This document shows positions 9,438-16,857 of a stretch of 64,000 nt of DNA, one piece after another (the stretch's first letter is position 1; each line of letters opens with the position of its first letter). The position numbers and the translations under genes are program-made. The notes beneath the pieces were generated by a model. It did not search any database, had not been told where the DNA came from, and saw only the letters and a list, made by a program, of their open reading frames with translations. The stretch spans positions 2,078 to 66,077 of the forward strand of contig JAAVBM010000021.1 of the NCBI GenBank assembly GCA_014803505.1, read 5' to 3'. This DNA is from a bacterium (GTDB lineage Bacteria > Cyanobacteriota > Vampirovibrionia > Gastranaerophilales > Gastranaerophilaceae).

Positions 9438-10415
9438 ATGCCTCAGTGCATGGAAAAATATAAAAATGATTTTGCCATAAGATTTGCGCAACTTATGCAA
9501 AAAAATTTGAGTAGATGGAAAAAATTTCAAAATACTTATCGTAGAAATCTATATACCAGATATGTTAAGTATTATTTTATAGCATTTTGTGTTGGTTTTG
9601 TACCCGGAAAACATGAAAGAAATTATGTAGAAAATCTTGAAATTCATTTCTGGTTTGGTGTTTTCTTATTTATTTCGGCAATAATATTAGCAATTGTTTT
9701 TACAAATAAAGAATATCAAGATCGAATAAAAGGTTCTCTTTTTCCTAGTTTATTAGAAATTTTTTCTGAAAAAATACGATATCCCGGATTAAGAATTTCA
9801 AAAGCAGACTATGATTTGTCGGAACTGTTTACGAAACCGGTTACAAGGTCAGAAGTTGATGATACGTTTAGTGGAATATATAATAATGTTCCTTTCAAAA
9901 TAAATGAAACCACTTTGATTAATATTACATATTCAAAAAATAAAAAGGAAAAACCGAAAACGACAGAACTTTTTGATGGTATTGCAATGCAGTTTACTAT
10001 GCAAAAGGAAATTAATGCAAGGGTTTTGATATATTCAAAATCTATATTTAATAGGATTCCTGAAGGGTATGAAAAAGTAGTACTTGAATATGAAAAATTT
10101 AATAAAAAGTATGATTTATATGTTCAAAAAAATGAAATATGTGAGGGACAGATAGAAGCCAGATATTTGTTTAATACAGTGTTTTTGGATAGATTTATGC
10201 AGCTTCAAACAAGTTTTCGTGTAAGTAAAATGGAATGTTCTATATATAAAAATAATATTCTAGTATTGTTAGAAACGCAGAAGGATTTGTTTGAACTTAA
10301 TCATCTTTTAGGCAAGCTTGAGGATATTAGTCAACATAACCGATTATTTGATGAATTTGCTTCAGTATTATCATTTATTGACGTATTGAATTTGTCAAGC
10401 AGAACAGGTTTGTAA
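9438..10415 (+). CDS. Membrane protein, DUF3137-like (tentative)
   Basis: Two TM helices near the N-terminus (YFIAFCVGFV, FWFGVFLFISAIILAIVF), then a roughly 220-aa soluble domain (FSGIYNNVPFKINET...LFDGIAMQF). Family assignment is from memory only. Confidence 0.35.
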   Translation: MPQCMEKYKNDFAIRFAQLMQKNLSRWKKFQNTYRRNLYTRYVKYYFIAFCVGFVPGKHERNYVENLEIHFWFGVFLFISAIILAIVFTNKEYQDRIKGSLFPSLLEIFSEKIRYPGLRISKADYDLSELFTKPVTRSEVDDTFSGIYNNVPFKINETTLINITYSKNKKEKPKTTELFDGIAMQFTMQKEINARVLIYSKSIFNRIPEGYEKVVLEYEKFNKKYDLYVQKNEICEGQIEARYLFNTVFLDRFMQLQTSFRVSKMECSIYKNNILVLLETQKDLFELNHLLGKLEDISQHNRLFDEFASVLSFIDVLNLSSRTGL

Positions 10416-10421
10416 TATAAT

Positions 10422-10835
10422 TTGCTTATGAAGATTACAAAGTTCAGAAAATATATTACATGGAATTTAGTTTCATTAGCTGGATATTTAAGTTTAGCTA
10501 TAGTCGGTTATTTTTTGATGATGTTAATGATATCGTCTTCGCAGATAGGAATTCGTGCTGATTTAAATTCATATTTTTATGATTATATAGTGAATCATGT
10601 TATTTTACCATATGTGGATTTTTATAAGGTACAAATTACATTTATATGTTTAATGTTAGTTGGTTCGATATTCGAAAAGAAATATTATGATGAAAAATGT
10701 ATATATGGATTCCAAATTTTCGAGAATCATCCGAAGGTATATTCAATAATATTTGTGATTGGTTTGTCTTTGAATTTTTTACCATTATATTTATTTACGA
10801 TATATTTATTAAAAATTTTTTCAAAATTGTTGTAG
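10422..10835 (+). CDS. Hypothetical integral membrane protein
   Basis: 137 aa with 3-4 hydrophobic helices. TTG start at 10422 or ATG at 10428. No family recognised. Confidence 0.4.
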   Translation: MLMKITKFRKYITWNLVSLAGYLSLAIVGYFLMMLMISSSQIGIRADLNSYFYDYIVNHVILPYVDFYKVQITFICLMLVGSIFEKKYYDEKCIYGFQIFENHPKVYSIIFVIGLSLNFLPLYLFTIYLLKIFSKLL

Positions 10836-10871
10836 AGAAGTTTTTGTGATATGATTTAACTCAGATTATTT

Positions 10872-10883
10872 GTCTTAGTGGCG
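10872..10883 (+). repeat. Copy (11/12) of the 5' acceptor/D-arm start of the downstream tRNA-Leu
   Basis: gtcttagtggcg here versus gtcgtagtggcg at 10975-10986. Confidence 0.6.
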
Positions 10884-10974
10884 CTCTGCCGCCGAGGAAG
10901 ATTAAAAATCTTCAAAAGGAGAGGGTATGAGCAAGCGAATACATCCGCCACGAGACATTAAAAAATAAGTCCAT

Positions 10975-11058
10975 GTCGTAGTGGCGGAATGGTAGACGCG
11001 CACGCTTGAGGGGCGTGTGGAGAGATCTGTGGGGGTTCGAGTCCCCCCTACGACACCA
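10975..11058 (+). tRNA. tRNA-Leu (anticodon GAG), CCA encoded
   Basis: GTCGTAG...CTACGAC acceptor stem, D-loop AATGGTAG, anticodon arm CACGC-TTGAGGG-GCGTG, a long variable arm, T-arm GGGGG-TTCGAGT-CCCCC, then ACCA. Confidence 0.9.
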
Positions 11059-11060
11059 TA

Positions 11061-11094
11061 AAGAAAATTTGGACTTTTGTCCCAAATTTTCTTT
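11061..11094 (+). terminator. Long AT-rich hairpin directly after tRNA-Leu
   Basis: aagaaaatttggac / gtcc(c)aaattttctt stem with a tttt loop, followed by T residues. Confidence 0.5.
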
Positions 11095-11214
11095 CTAGTA
11101 TCAGGGTACTCTCACATGAATTTTTCTAGTTGAGAAAAATTCAAGGTTCAGCCGATTTATCGGCATACCTTCGCTGTAAGGCTCGGGTTCCATACCCTCG
11201 CCAACGCTCAGGCA

Positions 11215-11231
11215 GAGTCCCCCCTACGACA
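11215..11231 (+). repeat. Exact 17-nt duplicate of the 3' end (T-loop/acceptor) of tRNA-Leu
   Basis: gagtcccccctacgaca is identical to 11039-11055. It has no matching T-stem 5' strand, so it is a fragment and not a second tRNA. Confidence 0.85.
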
Positions 11232-11269
11232 AATTTATAAACAAGAAGATTTAAAAGGAAAGCAATATT

Positions 11270-11878
11270 ATGAAATGGCTATATGACAATTGGATGAAAG
11301 CAACGCCTTTTTTGGCTTTTTACAGTTTTATTCTTTTATTTTTATATGTAAAGGATGTGAATTATCCGCTATTTCTCATTTGGATGCAAACGGTTATCTA
11401 TTGGGTTCATGAATTTGAAGAATACATTCTTCCCGGTGGATTTCTTAGCTTTTTTAATCGTTATCCGCTTGGTTCAAAAGAAGATGAATACCCTCTAACT
11501 AAAGTCGGTTCTTTTTGGATAAATATACCTCTTGTATATATTGCGCTGCCGCTATCAGGAATTTTAGCCCATTTCTTTGGTTTAAAATGGGGATTGTGGA
11601 CTGCATATTTTTCTGCTTTAAATGCTTTTGCCCATGTTGTAATGTTCTTTATATATAAATTTAAGTACAACCCCGGCGTTGTAATAAGTGCTTTGTTGAA
11701 TATTCCTTTTGGAATTTATATGGTTTGGTATTTCAATTCACACAATCTTGTATCAACAACAACAAACATTGTTAGTATCGTTGTCGGTATTATTGCCCAA
11801 GCTTCGATGATGATATACGGATTTGCTTATCTTGTACCTAAAATGAAAAAAGAAGCATTAAGTAATACTGATATTTAA
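11270..11878 (+). CDS. HXXEE-domain membrane protein
   Basis: 202 aa, multi-TM. The WVHEFEEY motif (HxxEE) sits after the first helices. Confidence 0.6.
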   Translation: MKWLYDNWMKATPFLAFYSFILLFLYVKDVNYPLFLIWMQTVIYWVHEFEEYILPGGFLSFFNRYPLGSKEDEYPLTKVGSFWINIPLVYIALPLSGILAHFFGLKWGLWTAYFSALNAFAHVVMFFIYKFKYNPGVVISALLNIPFGIYMVWYFNSHNLVSTTTNIVSIVVGIIAQASMMIYGFAYLVPKMKKEALSNTDI

Positions 11879-11949
11879 AATTTTTCTCACGTTGTAATAT
11901 TCTTGTGTTGAATACTTCATAACCAACACAACCTTGTGATACTTATAAA

Positions 11950-12171
11950 CTATAAGTCTTTTATAAGCTCTTTTGGTTTTACTTGTAGTGCAGATGCAAT
12001 TTTAAATAGATGTTTGGTTAATACTCTTATTGCTGTTCCTTTTTCAATCTTTTTTAAATATTGTTCTCTTATTTCTGTCATTTGAGAGAGTTCCTTGATT
12101 GAGATTTTTTTGTTTGTTCTTATTTTTTGAATATTTTTTCCGAATTTTTTTAAAATTTCATAATTTTCCAT
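11950..12171 (-). CDS. XRE-family HTH transcriptional regulator
   Basis: 73 aa. IQKIRTNKKISIKELSQMTEIREQYLKKIEKG is an HTH_3-type helix-turn-helix. Confidence 0.8.
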   Translation of the reverse strand: MENYEILKKFGKNIQKIRTNKKISIKELSQMTEIREQYLKKIEKGTAIRVLTKHLFKIASALQVKPKELIKDL

Positions 12172-12194
12172 GTTGCCCTTCTTTATAACTGTTA

Positions 12195-12210
12195 AACTAA
12201 TATATTAGTT
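12195..12210. promoter_or_regulatory. Perfect 16-bp palindrome (operator candidate 1) between divergent XRE genes
   Basis: aactaatatattagtt is its own reverse complement. Its core is repeated at 12251-12264. Confidence 0.5.
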
Positions 12211-12250
12211 ATAATATCAATATATTATGTTGAACATAATAAGTCAATAG

Positions 12251-12264
12251 ACTAATATATTAGT
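12251..12264. promoter_or_regulatory. Perfect 14-bp palindrome (operator candidate 2), 3 nt before the ATG at 12268
   Basis: actaatatattagt has the same core as 12195-12210 and overlaps the AT-rich -10-like sequence of the plus-strand XRE gene. Confidence 0.5.
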
Positions 12265-12267
12265 TAT

Positions 12268-12498
12268 ATGACCAATTTAAACATAAATGAAAAACTAGGA
12301 ATAAAAATTTGTTTTTTGAGAAAAAGATTAAAATATTCTCAAGAAAAGCTTGCAGAACTTGCAGATTTAAATAAAAATACAATCGGACTTGTTGAACGCG
12401 GAATGATAAGTCCTACCGCTGAAACTTTGGAAAAAATAGCTAATGCTCTAAATATTGAACTAAAAGAACTCGTCGATGTTTCAGGAATGGATTTGTAA
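12268..12498 (+). CDS. XRE-family HTH transcriptional regulator
   Basis: 76 aa. ICFLRKRLKYSQEKLAELADLNKNTIGLVERG is an HTH_3 motif. Confidence 0.8.
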   Translation: MTNLNINEKLGIKICFLRKRLKYSQEKLAELADLNKNTIGLVERGMISPTAETLEKIANALNIELKELVDVSGMDL

Positions 12499-12513
12499 AT
12501 TCGGGGTAATTTA

Positions 12514-12825
12514 ATGTTAAAAATATTTTCACCAAAAATCGTACAATCAAAAGTAAATATATCTAATGAAATTGCTTCTCCACATAGAGAATACCTTTTA
12601 CAAGCAAAAGGTGTTATGAATAACTATTTACGTGATAAAAAATGTACGGTAAGTATTAAGGATTGCCCATTATCTGATGGTGATTGTTTAGAAATCAGTG
12701 CACTAAATGATTCAAAACAATCATTTTCCAGAATTTCTGTATTAAAAGATGGTGAAATTCCTTTTTTAAGAAAAATTTATAAAGCTATTGAAATGGTTTC
12801 TAAGCAAGTAACAAAAAAATCTTAG
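12514..12825 (+). CDS. Hypothetical small protein (103 aa) co-oriented with the XRE gene
   Basis: Starts 15 nt after the XRE stop. Its 3' end overlaps the convergent ORF 12822..13541 by 4 nt. No family recognised. Confidence 0.5.
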   Translation: MLKIFSPKIVQSKVNISNEIASPHREYLLQAKGVMNNYLRDKKCTVSIKDCPLSDGDCLEISALNDSKQSFSRISVLKDGEIPFLRKIYKAIEMVSKQVTKKS

Positions 12826-13541
12826 TTTGCAGTATTCAAAATACTGGTAATTGTTACTTTGCCGATTCCTTTTTCAATATCTACGATTTGATGCTGTACA
12901 TCTCTTGGTGCAACTGCGCAACCTTTTTCCAGTGTGTGTAATGCTATATTACTATTTTTTGGAACTAGAACTTTATAAAAAACTTGTACATTGTTTGATT
13001 TTTGAAAATTCTGTGCATATTTATAATTATCAGTAAGATAAGTATATCTATCAGATTTTAAGCTGCTGCCTGGTTTTAGGGCTAATATTTCTTGCAGTCT
13101 TTCTGAGCGCGGGCTATAACTTTCTCCACGATATAGAAGAACATCTTTTGTTGTTTTTGGAATTTCTTCGAATAAAGCTTTATCTGTCTTTGCAACAAAT
13201 TCTTTTGTACGGGTTTGAGTTAAAGAATCTTTGCCGTAAATTCCTATATTATCATTGATACAGTCAATTGTTTTATTAAAGCTTATAGAATTACATATAC
13301 TATTGGTATATGTTTGAGCTTCTGTCATTGGACTTAGTTCTAATTTTCGTCCTAATTGTTTTTCTATGGCTTCCAAATTTGGCTTGTATGAAAGTTGTAT
13401 GGTATCTGAAACAAGATTTTGAGCAGGTGTCAATTTACCTGTTCTTATATCGTGAAGCCTTTCAGTAATTGATTTTAAAGGACAAGTAGAATTTGTACAA
13501 AAATTTCTTATTGCTCTATATTGAGCTGGTTTTATTATCAT
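12822..13541 (-). CDS. Hypothetical protein whose C-terminal half resembles R-S-E ADP-ribosyltransferases (tentative)
   Basis: LLYRGES, about 27 aa, YTYLTDN, then FYKVLVPKNSNIAL, then LEKGCAVAPRDVQHQIVD...GKVTITS. Spacing and order mirror C3-like LYRG / STS / QxE-LLPR blocks, but the catalytic Glu does not align cleanly. Confidence 0.35.
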   Translation of the reverse strand: MIIKPAQYRAIRNFCTNSTCPLKSITERLHDIRTGKLTPAQNLVSDTIQLSYKPNLEAIEKQLGRKLELSPMTEAQTYTNSICNSISFNKTIDCINDNIGIYGKDSLTQTRTKEFVAKTDKALFEEIPKTTKDVLLYRGESYSPRSERLQEILALKPGSSLKSDRYTYLTDNYKYAQNFQKSNNVQVFYKVLVPKNSNIALHTLEKGCAVAPRDVQHQIVDIEKGIGKVTITSILNTAN

Positions 13542-13629
13542 AATTTTTACCCCTAATATGTATAAGTTTTTAATTGGGTAAAATTTGATTAATTGTTACA
13601 AAACTTATGATACGTGTTATAATATTTTT

Positions 13630-14049
13630 ATGAATAAATTTGTGTTGGTAATATTAGGGTTAATAATTTCAGGGACAGCTGTTTGGGCAGATAGGTTTGT
13701 TCCTGAATTCGATAAGATGAAAGCTGTCCGTTGTGATATTACTGAAACTATTTATAATTCTGATGATTCTGTAGTGACGACTAATAAATATTTCAGAATT
13801 TTTCGATTAGATGATGAATGTAATAAAATTTATCTTCAAAAAGCCCCTGTTGATAAAATTTTGCATTATGATAACAATCTTGTTCATATGAGTTTGCAAA
13901 CATTGACTGATGATTCAATTATTGCAGAAGATATACAGATTAACCGTACTGAGTGGAAATATACTTCTAAAGCTCAAATTAGTTATGATAATCCTGTATT
14001 TGGAGTTCGTTATTCAAAGTCAAATGGTGTTTGCAGGGTTCTTAATTAA
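13630..14049 (+). CDS. Small secreted hypothetical protein
   Basis: ATG at 13630 yields the signal peptide MNKFVLVILGLIISGTAVWA. An extended -10 TGTTATAAT (13615-13623) ends 7 nt before the ATG, and there is no SD. Confidence 0.5.
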   Translation: MNKFVLVILGLIISGTAVWADRFVPEFDKMKAVRCDITETIYNSDDSVVTTNKYFRIFRLDDECNKIYLQKAPVDKILHYDNNLVHMSLQTLTDDSIIAEDIQINRTEWKYTSKAQISYDNPVFGVRYSKSNGVCRVLN

Positions 14050-14132
14050 ATTTTCCTTTACAAATTTTGAATAATTTGTCAATTTTTCCTCAAGAAAATT
14101 TTTTATTTAAGTATAGGGGAAATTATTAAGTT

Positions 14133-14933
14133 ATGGAAAAATTATTAACAGGGATATCTAATGTTAATATTGCACAGGAACTGGATTTGTTAAATGATAA
14201 TCTGGTTACTTCTATGGTTGGAGTTGGTTCACGGAAACATGAACAAGCCAAGACTTTAGCATCTTGTGTCCAATATTTTAGTAAACTAAATGATATTGAA
14301 AATGATTTGTCCGGTATTCGTTTTGGTTTTGATAATGTTGTTTTGAATGACGAACTTTCTGATAAAAAGGTTCGAAATATAGCTTATATGCTGGCAGAAG
14401 CAGTGGATTCCAATTCTGTTGAACGTATCAGGCAATTAAAATTTGAATATGGCAATGATAAAGATTTTCTTGTGGCAAAGGAGTTTCTGAATGAAAAATG
14501 CAAAGAAATTTGGAATGTTTTTAATTCATCTGATAAAAATACAAGGATTCCATATGATGCCATGAAAGCTCTTGGTATTTCTAATCAACCTTCACTGGAG
14601 TTTTTATTGGGAAATTCTATAAGATACTATGAAAAAGATAATGGCGTTTCTACTGCTAATTTAATTGAAAAAATTTTGAATAATGAGAATATTCATTATG
14701 ATTTAACTCAAATTCATAAATACTTAAAAACACTTTGTGAAAAGGAAAAATGTAAATATAATTTCCGTACTGTAGAGTATTTGATTTCTCAGCAAAATTA
14801 TGGCTTATCAGGACTTCAGGAACTTGGTATAGATAAAGTTCTTATAAAGAAAGTCTTTTGCAAGCTTAATTTTAAACATAGGATTTGTTTTTTAATTAAA
14901 AATCCTCAGTTTTTTAAATTTTTGTTAAAATAG
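14133..14933 (+). CDS. Hypothetical protein (266 aa)
   Basis: Long ORF with AGGGGA RBS-like sequence upstream. No recognisable motifs. Confidence 0.45.
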   Translation: MEKLLTGISNVNIAQELDLLNDNLVTSMVGVGSRKHEQAKTLASCVQYFSKLNDIENDLSGIRFGFDNVVLNDELSDKKVRNIAYMLAEAVDSNSVERIRQLKFEYGNDKDFLVAKEFLNEKCKEIWNVFNSSDKNTRIPYDAMKALGISNQPSLEFLLGNSIRYYEKDNGVSTANLIEKILNNENIHYDLTQIHKYLKTLCEKEKCKYNFRTVEYLISQQNYGLSGLQELGIDKVLIKKVFCKLNFKHRICFLIKNPQFFKFLLK

Positions 14934-14970
14934 TCATGCAAAATTATTTTTGTTTTGCTTTAATATAAGC

Positions 14971-15666
14971 ATGACGTTTGAAATTTTAACACGACAGCCC
15001 TTAAAATTTTATGAAAAGAATGGTGTAAAATTCTTTGAAGATTTTTATGCTGTAGATAAATTTAAAAGACCTGTTAAAGTTTTTATGGGTTCGCAGAACA
15101 ATTGTTCTACGATATTTACTGAAAATGTCGATAAACAAAGAGCTTTTTACGAGATTGATATAAATCCTCAAGGTCGTGAAATGTTGGGTTCTTCAATGGA
15201 AGCGAATCCTAAAAGACAAGGTATTGGTGAAATTTTAAATTTAGCTGCCTTGATAGAATTTCACAAGAATAAATTAAATTATTTTCGCTTATTTTCGTTG
15301 AAAGATGCGATACCAATGTATGCTCGTTATGGATTTAAAATGATAACAGATAGTGTAGATGAAATTTTACATAATTTGCATATGGTGCAGCGAAGTTCGG
15401 ATAGATATTTACATTTGAAGCGAAATGCTTTTTATTATTATCCTCAAGTTGCAGGTTCTGTTGCTAGTGATGATCCGTATATGTTGCGTAGAGCGAGTGA
15501 TGTTGTTAGTAATTATATGAAAGAAATGTCCAGAAATGGTGAGCGTGTCGATGCATCTCAGCTAAAATATGATGCAAAAATGGTTTTCACTGATTGGGAA
15601 TTTCAAACAGATAGAAATTATTTAAATGAAATGTTAGATAAACATGAGATTAATTATAAGGTTTAG
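14971..15666 (+). CDS. GNAT-like acetyltransferase-fold protein (tentative)
   Basis: RQGIGEILNLAAL (Q/RxxGxG/A-type acetyl-CoA motif A) followed by AIPMYARYGFKM. ATG at 14971 is preferred over the TTG at 14950. Confidence 0.4.
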   Translation: MTFEILTRQPLKFYEKNGVKFFEDFYAVDKFKRPVKVFMGSQNNCSTIFTENVDKQRAFYEIDINPQGREMLGSSMEANPKRQGIGEILNLAALIEFHKNKLNYFRLFSLKDAIPMYARYGFKMITDSVDEILHNLHMVQRSSDRYLHLKRNAFYYYPQVAGSVASDDPYMLRRASDVVSNYMKEMSRNGERVDASQLKYDAKMVFTDWEFQTDRNYLNEMLDKHEINYKV

Positions 15667-15676
15667 TTTATAAATT

Positions 15677-16795
15677 ATGAAAATAGATAAGTTTAAAGTA
15701 GAAGAGTGGTTTAATAAATATGAAAAAGAGGCCATATATGATCTTGCGGATACTTGCGTTGAATCTTTGACTATTGATGAATTATTGCACATTGTTGGGG
15801 AAAGAGAAAAATGTATTGAAGAGATTTTTTCTCGCAAACTTAATTATGGAGATATTCACGGAAGTGACCGCTTGAAAGTTGCAATTGCAGACATGTATGA
15901 AAATCAGTCTAAAGAAAATATAACAATAACCCATGGTGCAATTGGAGCAAATCATCTTGTAATGCTTAGTTTGGTTGAACCGGATGATAAAATCGTTTCC
16001 ATTATTCCGACATATCAACAACATTATTCTATTCCGGAATCTTTTGGCGGGCATGTTAATTTACTTTATTTGAAAGAAGAAAATAAATGGCTGCCTGATT
16101 TATTGGAACTTGAAAAAATGGTTGGTAATGATACAAAACTTATTTGTATGAATAATCCAAATAATCCTACAGGAGCTGTTATTTCTGATGAGATGTTATA
16201 TCAGATTGTTGAAATAGCTAAAAAAGCTGATGCATATATTCTTTGTGATGAAGTTTATCGAGGTTTAAATCATGAAGGAAATCCGTTTTCTATTTCTATT
16301 GCAGATATTTATGAAAAAGGAATTTCTACAGGCAGTATGTCAAAAGTATTTTCTCTTGCAGGATTGCGTCTTGGATGGGTTGCTGCAAATGAAAAAGTTA
16401 TTGAGGAAATTAACCATCAGCGTGAATATAATACGATAAGTGTTGGAATTTTAGATGATTATTTTGCAACTCTTGCGGTTGAAAACAAGGATAAAATAAT
16501 TAAACGTAATATTGAAAAAATTTTAACAGGGAAAAAGATTTTGACTGATTGGGCTGAAAAAGAACCTAAAGTTCGTTTGATAGTGCCGAATGGTGGTACT
16601 ACTGCTTTTGTTCATTATGATTCACCATTGAGTTCTACCGAATTATGTAAATGTTTGCAGGAAGATACAGGTGTAATGATTCTTCCTGGAGAAACTCTTG
16701 AGTTGGATAAATACTTGCGAATAGGTTATGGAAACAATTTTGAACAGCTAAAAAAAGCTTTAGGAATTTTTTCGGAATGGTTATCTGAAAACTAG
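15677..16795 (+). CDS. PLP-dependent aminotransferase, class I/II
   Basis: 372 aa. NNPNNPTG, DEVYRGL and SMSKVFSLAGLRLGW (PLP lysine motif). Starts 10 nt after the GNAT-like ORF. Confidence 0.85.
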   Translation: MKIDKFKVEEWFNKYEKEAIYDLADTCVESLTIDELLHIVGEREKCIEEIFSRKLNYGDIHGSDRLKVAIADMYENQSKENITITHGAIGANHLVMLSLVEPDDKIVSIIPTYQQHYSIPESFGGHVNLLYLKEENKWLPDLLELEKMVGNDTKLICMNNPNNPTGAVISDEMLYQIVEIAKKADAYILCDEVYRGLNHEGNPFSISIADIYEKGISTGSMSKVFSLAGLRLGWVAANEKVIEEINHQREYNTISVGILDDYFATLAVENKDKIIKRNIEKILTGKKILTDWAEKEPKVRLIVPNGGTTAFVHYDSPLSSTELCKCLQEDTGVMILPGETLELDKYLRIGYGNNFEQLKKALGIFSEWLSEN

Positions 16796-16811
16796 TTTAT
16801 AAAATGCAAAA

Positions 16812-16834
16812 AGCGGGAAAACTTCCCGCTTTTT
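16812..16834. terminator. Bidirectional terminator between the aminotransferase and ferritin genes
   Basis: Stem agcggga/tcccgct, with an A-run before it and a T-run after it. Confidence 0.6.
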
Positions 16835-16857
16835 GTTTGTTACATATATTATTAAAC

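Noticed and set aside
10865-11235. tmRNA, RNase P RNA, SRP RNA or a cyanobacterial-type group I intron in tRNA-Leu.
   Set aside because: I found no tag-peptide reading frame ending in a stop, no GGAAAGUCCGGGC-type RNase P core, and no SRP domain IV motif (GGAAGCAGCC). The extra sequence flanks an intact tRNA(GAG) rather than interrupting an anticodon loop. The outer 3' fragment also lacks the 5' strand of a T-stem.
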